Assembly: GCA_036170915.1 (NCBI GenBank)
Contig: JAVHQC010000029.1
Coordinates: 262,950-326,949 of the forward strand
Direction: 5' to 3'
Length of the DNA stretch: 64,000 nt
From: Cyanobacteria bacterium auto_48_18
GTDB lineage: Bacteria; Cyanobacteriota; Vampirovibrionia; Obscuribacterales; Obscuribacteraceae
The notes under the pieces: model-generated
Database searches by the model: none
What the model was told of the DNA's origin: nothing
The model's input: the letters and a program-made list of their open reading frames with translations, nothing else
In this document: positions 56,360 to 64,000 of the stretch, one piece after another
Position numbering within the stretch: the stretch's first letter is position 1
Layout of the letters: every line of letters starts with the position of its first letter
Translations under genes and position numbers: made by a program

Positions 56360-57075
56360 GATTGAGCCTCCGCCAGCGAACGAATCGCTTCCACAATTCC
56401 AGGATAGGCACCACAACGGCACAGATTGCCGCTCATGCGCTCGCGAATTTCTTCGTCGGTAAGAGAGACATTGCCGGCACAAAGATTGCTCGTAACGGCG
56501 CTGGCGCATCCGGCTTTGGCCTCGGCCAAAAGAGCTACCGCAGAGCAAATTTGACCTGGTGTGCAATAACCGCACTGGAAGCCATCATGCTTGACAAACG
56601 CTTCTTGCACGGCGTGCAACTGATCGCCTTCGGCTAGGCCTTCGATCGTGGTTACTTTCTGACCCTGATACATAACAGCAAAAGTAAGGCATGAGTTAAT
56701 GCGGCGTCCATCGACGAGCACGGTGCAGGCACCACATTGACCATGGTCGCAACCTTTTTTAGAACCGGTCAAACCCATATATTCGCGCAAGGCATCCAGC
56801 AAAGAAGTGCGCGGATCAATACTGACTGATTTAGTTTGACCGTTGACCGTCAACTCAACAGCAATTGATTGTGGCGGGCTTGGCACTTGTATTGTCACTT
56901 TGCTTGGATCGTTAATTACTTCGCTTTCAGCACTAGACATTCCAGTTAACGTCGCTAAACCAGCACTCACAGCTGCAGCGCCGACCATAAATTCGCGGCG
57001 GGTTTGACCACCTGATTTCAATTGATCATGCTCTGAATCGGGCTTGTTGCCCAGATTATTCTTATCTTTCGTCAC
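56356..57075 (-). CDS. paoA: 2Fe-2S subunit with Tat signal (PaoA/YagT-like); start probably GTG 57075 or TTG 57078
   Basis: TRREFM twin-arginine motif; GCDHGQCGACT, QCGYCTPG and NLCRC motifs. Confidence 0.9.
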   Translation of the reverse strand: MTKDKNNLGNKPDSEHDQLKSGGQTRREFMVGAAAVSAGLATLTGMSSAESEVINDPSKVTIQVPSPPQSIAVELTVNGQTKSVSIDPRTSLLDALREYMGLTGSKKGCDHGQCGACTVLVDGRRINSCLTFAVMYQGQKVTTIEGLAEGDQLHAVQEAFVKHDGFQCGYCTPGQICSAVALLAEAKAGCASAVTSNLCAGNVSLTDEEIRERMSGNLCRCGAYPGIVEAIRSLAEAQS

Positions 57076-57287
57076 CAACCCTGCCTCAACAATGGTGTCT
57101 ACCCTCGGTCGCGGTAGTATAGACCATGAGCAATAGCAGCCGATCTCTTGAAGACTTCGACAGCCATTTCTAATGTGATCGGCCAAAGTTTAAATCAGAC
57201 TTGCTGGGCCGGCAAATATTGAGCAGCCACCATTAGTGGTGGCGCGTTGAAATTGTTAATAACGCAATGAAAAACTAGAGATTCGGC

Positions 57288-58001
57288 CTAAACCGAAATC
57301 ACGCGATCGCCGCCGCGCATTAATGCAGTTTCGAGTGCCTCGATAGCGCAAGCAATCAAAATGTCATAATCGTCGGCATGGTCAGGGTAAGTGGCAACAC
57401 CGATGCTGACTGTGACTGAGAAATTTTGACCGTTATGATTAATGGCCTGACTGCCCACACGCAAACGCATGCGTTCGCCCACAAGCGAGGCTCCAGCAGC
57501 ATTGGTCTGCGGCAAAATCACCGCATATTGCCACTGATTATATTTAGAGGCAACGTCTACTTCGCGCAGAGCGCCACGAATGGCGTGAGAGACAATTTTT
57601 TGAATTGCTTCAGCTGTGAGGGGGCCAAATTGACTGGCAAGTTCGTCATAACCGTCGACGCTCAATAAAACCAGAGAGGCCGGATGTTTATAGCGCTTGG
57701 CTCTGGCCAGCTCGGCCTTGAGCTCTTTGACAAATGCGCGATGATTGTAAAGCTCGGTTATGGGGTCAAGCAGCGCCAGCTTTTCAATATCTTCGCCTTT
57801 GGCGGCGGCTAGGCTGACCTGCTTGGTCACCAGCGCAGTTTGCTTCTCATAATCACGCACCCGCTCGAGCACCGAAGAATTGGCAGCGATTCGCTCAGCC
57901 AGCTGCGGTCTGTGCTGACGCAAATCTGACAAAACTCTAGTAAACAGCGGCTCGCCCGTGATTTTTGCAGGGGTGCTGGTGGGCTCGTTGGCCATGATCA
58001 T
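57288..58001 (-). CDS. Degenerate GGDEF-domain protein with intact RxxD I-site
   Basis: DPITELYN, LREVD....YNQWQYAVILP (GGDEF replaced), VTVSIGVA and GGDR. Confidence 0.85.
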   Translation of the reverse strand: MIMANEPTSTPAKITGEPLFTRVLSDLRQHRPQLAERIAANSSVLERVRDYEKQTALVTKQVSLAAAKGEDIEKLALLDPITELYNHRAFVKELKAELARAKRYKHPASLVLLSVDGYDELASQFGPLTAEAIQKIVSHAIRGALREVDVASKYNQWQYAVILPQTNAAGASLVGERMRLRVGSQAINHNGQNFSVTVSIGVATYPDHADDYDILIACAIEALETALMRGGDRVISV

Positions 58002-58036
58002 CCTTAACTCAGTGCTATTAATTTACAGCAGAATGA

Positions 58037-58384
58037 CTATTTCTGTTTGCCGCGCTTAATCAATAATCTCTTAATTGGTTTGCTTTTCGATATATGGCGC
58101 TCGATGATATCGATGCAATCGACTTCGGTAACTCCACCATAGCTGACCGCGAACTTGTCTTTGGTCTTACAGGTTTTAGCCTTAGTTTTGCTTCTGGCGT
58201 CGATTTGTACCACTGGCCCGTGCTTACAGAGCCCCAGACAGTCGGTTTTCTTCACTTTCAATACATAGTCGAGCTGCGCTTTTTCAATGGTTTTGCGCAA
58301 GAAAGTCAGTACATCTTGCGAATCGCGCGCTGAACAGTGCTTGCCCCTGGTACATACGAGTAATTTTGTGCACGCGCTTCCCAC
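58037..58384 (-). CDS. Thioredoxin-like [2Fe-2S] ferredoxin
   Basis: VCT...HC...S and CLGLCKHGPVV, Y.GV motifs. Confidence 0.82.
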   Translation of the reverse strand: MGSACTKLLVCTRGKHCSARDSQDVLTFLRKTIEKAQLDYVLKVKKTDCLGLCKHGPVVQIDARSKTKAKTCKTKDKFAVSYGGVTEVDCIDIIERHISKSKPIKRLLIKRGKQK

Positions 58385-58489
58385 AAATTGTCCCCGTCAG
58401 CCGGATACCTGAAGTTGAAATCTATAACCGAATTCTAATCGAATAAAATTGCCGATGCACGAGAATCTAAAGCTATTGACAATTAAATT

Positions 58490-60544
58490 CTATGTAATCA
58501 GGTTGTCGATTTGCACTTCAAAGCTGTGGTCGGCTTTAATGCCGAAAATGCGTGTGAAGAAATAGTATTCAGACTCGATTGTGCGAATGATATTTTCTGC
58601 TTTGCGAAATCCGTGAGCCTCGCCTTCATAGGCGATATAGGCGACAGGAATACCCTTAGCTTTAAGGGCGTTAACCATGGCTTCCGCTTGATTGGGCGGA
58701 ACGACTTTGTCGTCGAGACCCTGGAAAAAAATCACGGGGCAGTTGAGCTTGTCCACATGGTTAATGGGCGAACGGGCAATGTACAGATCGCGACCAGCCG
58801 GATAAGGAGCCACAAGATTATCTAGATAACGCGCTTCAAACTTGTGGGTATCGCGAGCCAGTGCTTCGAGATCGCCGATACCATAATGGCTGGCACCAGC
58901 TTTGAATGTATCTGTAAATGTCAGGGCGCAAAGCACAGTGTAACCGCCGGCGCTACCGCCGGTAATGGCCACCCGCTCAGCGTCTGCCAGGCCACTTTCC
59001 ACCAGATACTCCACACAATTGCGGCAATCTTCGACGTCAACCACTCCCCAGTTGTCGTTCAGTCTCTTGCGATATTCGCGGCCAAAACCAGTGCTACCGC
59101 CATAGTTGACGTCGACGATGGCGAATCCGCGTGAGGTCCAGTATTGAATACCAAGCGAAAGGCTGCTTGACGCCCCGCCGGTGGGGCCACCATGGCATTT
59201 CACCACCAGTGGTGGCGCTTCCCCTGCTAAAGATTTGCAATTGGGATTAGTTGGTGGATAGTAAAAGGCAAAAGCAGTTTTGCCACCAGCAGTGGGAAAT
59301 TCGATTACTTGCGGCATCGACATGTAAGCCTTGTCAGGCAGCTCTCCGGCCGCACTTTTAATGATATTGAATGCTCCTGATTGCAAATCATATTCCACCA
59401 CGCATTGCGGCAAAGAGGCAGAGGCGGCAAGCATAGCAACGCGATTTTTGCCCGCGGTGAGATATGAAAATTCGGTGAAAGGAGAGTCGATTTCTACCAG
59501 TTTGTGGCCATTGGTAAAATCGAGCTCGAGCCGGGCCAGCGACCAGATGCCGCGACGGTTGAAGGCGAAAATCGCCAGCGTTTCGGATAAGACTGCATAA
59601 GTAGATTGAGCAAAACCCCACATAGGCTGACCGAACTCGCATTCAGCATAAGCAGGGTTGGTGACCAGGGGCTGTACCTCTGAAGTCGTGGGGTCACATA
59701 TCACTTGAGGCTGCCAATAACCAGATTGGTCGGCGACAAAGAAAAGCTTGCCCTGCGGTGACCATTGGGGCTGAAACACCGAGCAGTCTGGGCCGCCGGC
59801 TACGAGCCGGGTATTGTGCAGGGAGCCGGCTTTGTCCACGTCGGCTAGATAAAGCTCGCAGCCGTCCCATGGCATATTGGGATGGCGCCAGCACAAGTAG
59901 GCTAAATGCCTACCGTCAGGGCTTATGCGTGGGGAGGAATAAAAGTCGAAGCCTGAAGCAAGCACCACAGGCTCTTCACCGGCCTGGTCGATTGAATATG
60001 AGCCGCCAGCAGGTAAAGCCACTGAGGCAATGCAATTGGTTGGCTCAGATGCGCCTGCAGTGTGCACTTCGAGCACGCAGAGCAAGCGGTTATGGCTGCG
60101 GTCGAAACAATAATCAGCGTATCGGTGAGTATTGCCCGGGTGTGCTGCACTGATGGCCTGATGTTTGGTGCCGGCAGCCAAATAAACGCGCTGGTCGGCA
60201 AAATTAGAATAGGCAACTTCCCCACCATCAACGCCGAAGGCTCCGCCGCCATATTCGTGTACCAGACTGCGTATGCTGTCTTCGCCCTGGTTGATGTCGC
60301 TGTTGCTACTAGAATGATCGCCCCCACTGGACTTTGCCCGCTTGACTAAAATAGAGCGGCCGCCCTGAGATGGCCGGCCCTCAAGCCAGTAAAGTGCTTC
60401 ACCATCACTGTCGTAAACGGTTTGGCTGAGCCTGAGCGCTCCGCGAGCCACTTGCTCGGCAGCAATAGGAGACGGCCAGGCGCCGCTGGCTGTTTCTGTG
60501 GCTATTTGGCTGGCAAAATCACTTTTGACTTCAGGCATGAACAC
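58490..60544 (-). CDS. S9-family serine peptidase (beta-propeller plus hydrolase domain)
   Basis: GAWPSPI, VHEYGGG, HGGPT, GGSAGG nucleophile, QGLDDKVV and EAHGF motifs. Confidence 0.93.
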   Translation of the reverse strand: MFMPEVKSDFASQIATETASGAWPSPIAAEQVARGALRLSQTVYDSDGEALYWLEGRPSQGGRSILVKRAKSSGGDHSSSNSDINQGEDSIRSLVHEYGGGAFGVDGGEVAYSNFADQRVYLAAGTKHQAISAAHPGNTHRYADYCFDRSHNRLLCVLEVHTAGASEPTNCIASVALPAGGSYSIDQAGEEPVVLASGFDFYSSPRISPDGRHLAYLCWRHPNMPWDGCELYLADVDKAGSLHNTRLVAGGPDCSVFQPQWSPQGKLFFVADQSGYWQPQVICDPTTSEVQPLVTNPAYAECEFGQPMWGFAQSTYAVLSETLAIFAFNRRGIWSLARLELDFTNGHKLVEIDSPFTEFSYLTAGKNRVAMLAASASLPQCVVEYDLQSGAFNIIKSAAGELPDKAYMSMPQVIEFPTAGGKTAFAFYYPPTNPNCKSLAGEAPPLVVKCHGGPTGGASSSLSLGIQYWTSRGFAIVDVNYGGSTGFGREYRKRLNDNWGVVDVEDCRNCVEYLVESGLADAERVAITGGSAGGYTVLCALTFTDTFKAGASHYGIGDLEALARDTHKFEARYLDNLVAPYPAGRDLYIARSPINHVDKLNCPVIFFQGLDDKVVPPNQAEAMVNALKAKGIPVAYIAYEGEAHGFRKAENIIRTIESEYYFFTRIFGIKADHSFEVQIDNLIT

Positions 60545-60642
60545 AACGCTCCGATGTGATGAACAGAAGACACAGTATATAATTGCCAGCAGGGCCGCAG
60601 ATTAAGCTGACGATGGCAAGCGCTGACGGTCTAGGGGAAGTG

Positions 60643-60921
60643 ATGGAAATTGCTGTGAATAAAGGCGCCGAAAAAGTTAACGTCACAGTAACTGTGCGCT
60701 ACTTTGCCATTTTAAAAGATCAACGTGGCGCCGCTAGCGAGCAATTGAGCACTGAAGCCGCCTCGTTGGCTGAGCTCTACGACAGCCTTGCCACCACACA
60801 TGGTTTTTCACTCAAGCAAGATCAACTGCGCGTTGCTGTAAACGATAGCTTTGTCGATTGGCAAGAAGAGCTGTCTGAGGGCGCGCACATAGTCTTTATT
60901 CCACCTGTAGCTGGTGGTTGA
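60643..60921 (+). CDS. moaD: Molybdopterin synthase sulfur carrier subunit
   Basis: VRYFA, VAVN and C-terminal IPPVAGG; AGGGGA upstream of ATG 60643. Confidence 0.92.
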   Translation: MEIAVNKGAEKVNVTVTVRYFAILKDQRGAASEQLSTEAASLAELYDSLATTHGFSLKQDQLRVAVNDSFVDWQEELSEGAHIVFIPPVAGG

Positions 60922-61384
60922 AATGTTCAAATTTGCTGCTGAAAAAATTGAAATCGAGCCGCTCAAGAAAAGTCTTGAAGACGACAGAGCCGGAGCAGTA
61001 GTCTGTTTTGAAGGAATTGTGCGCAATCACAACGAAGGTAAAGCGGTAGTTGCCCTTGAGTATGAAGCTTACGAAACGCTGGGCACAACTGAAGCAGAAA
61101 AAATCTTGGCAGAAGCACGCACCAATTTTGGCATTTTAAACGCAGTATGCGTACATCGCGTGGGCGAGCTAAAAGTAGGCGACATGGCCGTCTTCGTCGC
61201 CGTCACAAGCGCTCATCGGCACGAGGCTTATCAAGCTTCGCGTTACATTATTGACGAAATAAAAACACGACTACCAATCTGGAAAAAAGAAACCTACGCA
61301 AGCGGAAGTTCAAGTTGGGTCAATTGCCAACATTTAAATGACTCTGCTGCCTGCCAAAGCGAGGCCAGCCATGGCCGTAAATAG
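60914..61384 (+). CDS. moaE: Molybdopterin synthase catalytic subunit
   Basis: GAVV.FEG.VR, LEYEAY, HRVG.L, SAHR and PIWKKE motifs. Confidence 0.95.
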   Translation: MVEMFKFAAEKIEIEPLKKSLEDDRAGAVVCFEGIVRNHNEGKAVVALEYEAYETLGTTEAEKILAEARTNFGILNAVCVHRVGELKVGDMAVFVAVTSAHRHEAYQASRYIIDEIKTRLPIWKKETYASGSSSWVNCQHLNDSAACQSEASHGRK

Positions 61385-62372
61385 ATTGGCCGCAAATAGA
61401 TTGATAGATACATTCGGCCGAGTACATTCTTACTTACGCATTTCGGTCACCGATCGTTGCAATTTGCGCTGCTTTTATTGCATGCCGCACGAAGGCTTAG
61501 AATGGAAAAAACGCAACGAACTTTTGACTTATGAAGAAATTACCAGACTGGCAGTGATTTTCACGGGAATGGGCATTACTAAAATCAGACTTACTGGTGG
61601 TGAACCCATGGTAAGAAAAGGCTTGAGCACGCTGGTTCGCGATCTTGGTGCCATTGCCGAACTAAAAACTTTAGCCATGACCACCAATGCCACCCTGCTG
61701 GCCGACCATGCTAAAGAGTTAAAAGAGTTGGGCCTGAACGCGCTCAATATAAGCCTTGACACATTTTCGAAAGAGCGCTTCGCCGCCATTGCACGCTTGG
61801 ATCAATTTGATCAAGTAATGGCAGGAATTTATGCAGCCATTGAATGCGGCTTTGACAGCCTGAAAATAAATATGGTGGTCATGGCCGGCGTCAATGATGA
61901 TGAAGTGCTGGCCTTTGCCGACTTTGCCGCCAAACACAAAATCAATGTACGCTTCATTGAATATATGCCTTTTAAAGATAATCAATGGACCAGTGAAAAA
62001 GTTGTCACCTACAAAGACATGCTCACCGAAATTGGAAAACGCTACGAATTGACGCGTTTAGAGACCGATCCGTCAGCTGTGGCAAAAGATTATGCCATTG
62101 CTGGCGGTGGCTCAGTCAGCTTTATCACTTCAATGTCTGATTCTTTTTGTTCGACCTGCAACAGATTGCGACTGACAAACGATGGCTCAATAAAATCTTG
62201 CTTGTTTTATCCCGCCGAGATCAATTTGCGCGATGCCATGCGCAAAGGGGCCAGTGACAACGATCTTGAAGGAATGATTTTATATTCTCTGGTGCAAAAA
62301 CCAGAAGCCCATCCGCCGGCAGAAGAAATTGCTGCTGGAGATAATCGGGCCATGATTGAAATCGGCGGCTAA
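61371..62372 (+). CDS. moaA: GTP 3',8-cyclase
   Basis: YLRISVTDRCNLRCFYCMP, RLTGGEP, FIEYMP, FC.TCNRLR and terminal IGG. Confidence 0.96.
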   Translation: MAVNRLAANRLIDTFGRVHSYLRISVTDRCNLRCFYCMPHEGLEWKKRNELLTYEEITRLAVIFTGMGITKIRLTGGEPMVRKGLSTLVRDLGAIAELKTLAMTTNATLLADHAKELKELGLNALNISLDTFSKERFAAIARLDQFDQVMAGIYAAIECGFDSLKINMVVMAGVNDDEVLAFADFAAKHKINVRFIEYMPFKDNQWTSEKVVTYKDMLTEIGKRYELTRLETDPSAVAKDYAIAGGGSVSFITSMSDSFCSTCNRLRLTNDGSIKSCLFYPAEINLRDAMRKGASDNDLEGMILYSLVQKPEAHPPAEEIAAGDNRAMIEIGG

Positions 62373-62393
62373 AGTAATCGGGGAGTTTGAGCG

Positions 62394-63344
62394 ATGCGCG
62401 ATGTCTCGCAAAAAGTAAATACGCTGAGAACAGCTGTGGCTAAAGCAATATTGCGAGTGAGCCCTGAAACTATCACGCAAATTAAGGCCGGCACTTTACC
62501 CAAGGGTGATCCACTAGCTGTAGCCAAAGTAGCCGCTATACAAGCGGCTAAGAACACCAGCCAGATTATTCCCTATTGTCACCCCTTGCCTGTTGACTTT
62601 GTCGGGGTTGAATTTCAACTAGACGAAAACTCTATCGAAATTGAAGTAAAAGTCAAAGCCATCTACAAAACCGGCGTAGAGATGGAAGCGCTAACAGCCG
62701 CTTCTGTAGCGGCTTTAACTATTTATGACATGGCCAAGATGGTTGACGATTTAATGGCAATCGAATCAATCACGTTGTTAAGTAAAACCGGGGGCAAAAG
62801 CGATTACGCGGCGCCGCCAGCCCTTGATGGAAAGTTTTTAAAAGCCGCTGTGCTCGTGCTTTCTGATAGCGTTGCAGCCGGTAAAGCAGAAGACAAGTCG
62901 GGCAAATTTATCGCCGCCGAACTACTAACACGTGGTTTTGAAATTACAGAATATCTGGTAATGGCAGATGATGAAGCGGCCATCGTGCCCGAAGTTAGGC
63001 GCATCTGCGATGATTTAAAAGTCAATTTGCTCATCACCACTGGTGGTACCGGTATCAGCCCGCGCGATAATACGCCAGATGCACTTAAACGTTTAATTGA
63101 GAAAGAATTGCCCGGTGTGGTGGAAGCAATTCGCGACTATAGTCAAAATCGCAACTCATTTTCAATGCTATCGAGATCAGTTGCCGGCGTGAGAAATAAA
63201 ACTATCATTGTCAGCTTGCCAGGCTCACTGGGAGCCGCGCAAGACGGCATGACCGTGCTCTTTCCTGCCATCAATCACGCATTCAAAATGCTTGAAGGTG
63301 AAGGCCATAAACATAGTAAAAAAGGCGCAAAAAGTGACAAGTAA
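62394..63344 (+). CDS. moaC: Bifunctional MoaC-MoaB/MogA fusion
   Basis: N-half IPYCHP, TGVEMEAL, IYDMAK and KTGGKS; C-half LSD, DKSG, TTGGTG.SPRDNTP and SLPGS. Confidence 0.92.
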   Translation: MRDVSQKVNTLRTAVAKAILRVSPETITQIKAGTLPKGDPLAVAKVAAIQAAKNTSQIIPYCHPLPVDFVGVEFQLDENSIEIEVKVKAIYKTGVEMEALTAASVAALTIYDMAKMVDDLMAIESITLLSKTGGKSDYAAPPALDGKFLKAAVLVLSDSVAAGKAEDKSGKFIAAELLTRGFEITEYLVMADDEAAIVPEVRRICDDLKVNLLITTGGTGISPRDNTPDALKRLIEKELPGVVEAIRDYSQNRNSFSMLSRSVAGVRNKTIIVSLPGSLGAAQDGMTVLFPAINHAFKMLEGEGHKHSKKGAKSDK

Positions 63345-63372
63345 AAACGATTGCGCAGTTAAATTGGAAGAT

Positions 63373-64000
63373 ATGCTGACATATGAGCAAGCGCTAGCAG
63401 CCATACTAGATAATTGTCAGCCACTAGCGAGCGAAACCACCACCCTGGCAACAGCTTTGAAAAAAGTTCTGTCAGAGCCACTGAAAGCCGGTTTTGATTT
63501 GCCTCAATTCAATAATTCTGCCGTTGATGGTTTTGGCGTTCTCGTCGAAGATTTGCTTGACGCTTCGCCGAATGCACCAGTTAAATTAAAATTGGTGGGA
63601 GAAGTTGCCGCCGGATCAGCTCAAACATTTGGCAGCCTCAACCCTGGCCAATGCGTGCGCATTCTCACCGGTGCACCGGTGCCGGGAACGGTTGAAGCGG
63701 TGGTGATGAAAGAAAATTGCCGACCTGACGGCGATTATATTCACGTTTCTTGTAAAACCAGAATCGGCGAAAGCATTCGTTTACAGGGTGAAGAAATCGA
63801 AGCTGGTGCCACAGTTTTGAAGCCTGGCACGCTAATTACTCCACCAATTATCGGTTTGATAGCGACACTGGGCATAACCGAATTTCAAACCTATCGCGCG
63901 CCAAAAGTAGCTGTCATAGCCACTGGTAACGAGCTCAAAGAACCTGGTGAACTTCTCGCTGAAGGCGAAATCTATAACTCGAATTCTTTTGCACTAGTAG
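63373..64000 (+). CDS. moeA: Molybdopterin molybdotransferase, truncated by the window end
   Basis: Not in the track; my translation gives MLTYEQAL...DLPQFNNSAVDGF...RILTGAPVP...AVVMKE...IATGNEL...IYNSN. Confidence 0.93.
   Translation, partial: MLTYEQALAAILDNCQPLASETTTLATALKKVLSEPLKAGFDLPQFNNSAVDGFGVLVEDLLDASPNAPVKLKLVGEVAAGSAQTFGSLNPGQCVRILTGAPVPGTVEAVVMKENCRPDGDYIHVSCKTRIGESIRLQGEEIEAGATVLKPGTLITPPIIGLIATLGITEFQTYRAPKVAVIATGNELKEPGELLAEGEIYNSNSFALV

Noticed and set aside
56360..56575. 72-aa N-terminal extension of paoB in the ORF track
   Set aside because: It is an alternative frame inside paoA; family similarity begins at ATG 56359, which overlaps the paoA stop
60545..60642. Moco riboswitch upstream of moaD
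   Set aside because: Only about 55 nt lie between the -10 element and the start, with one short hairpin; too small for the motif

Overview
Bacterial chromosomal window of about 50 genes with no transposase, integrase, phage, rRNA or CRISPR signal. Several proteins look cyanobacteria-like but there are no photosynthesis genes, so a Melainabacteria/Vampirovibrionia origin is my guess (inference only). Core content: murD-ftsW-murG, yebC, rlpA, gltX-cysS, tRNA-Ser(CGA), a DHH-CBS tRNA nucleotidyltransferase, nfeD-flotillin, hemACDB, SRP RNA (ffs), a PaoABC-type Tat-exported molybdoenzyme with xdhC and mocA, and moaD-moaE-moaA-moaCB-moeA (moeA is cut by the window edge). The best candidate for an undescribed system is an 8-gene, translationally coupled operon at 13291-23561. 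It encodes a GT-C-like membrane domain fused to a phosphoribulokinase-like kinase, a HAD phosphatase, a class II aldolase, a tandem double nucleotidyltransferase-like protein, a GT2, a PLC-like phosphodiesterase and two more GT-C-like proteins. I infer a pathway that activates a ketopentose and adds it to a surface glycan. Also notable: a set of apparently catalytically dead signalling proteins (stand-alone MshEN-like protein, pseudo-histidine kinase, degenerate GGDEF), a P-loop gene with no canonical start codon, a palindromic operator candidate inside a leaderless promoter of a DNA-repair-type radical SAM gene, a tandem palindromic 27-bp repeat, and tandem paralogs with identical 3' DNA blocks. 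All family calls come from reading motifs by eye; no database search was run.
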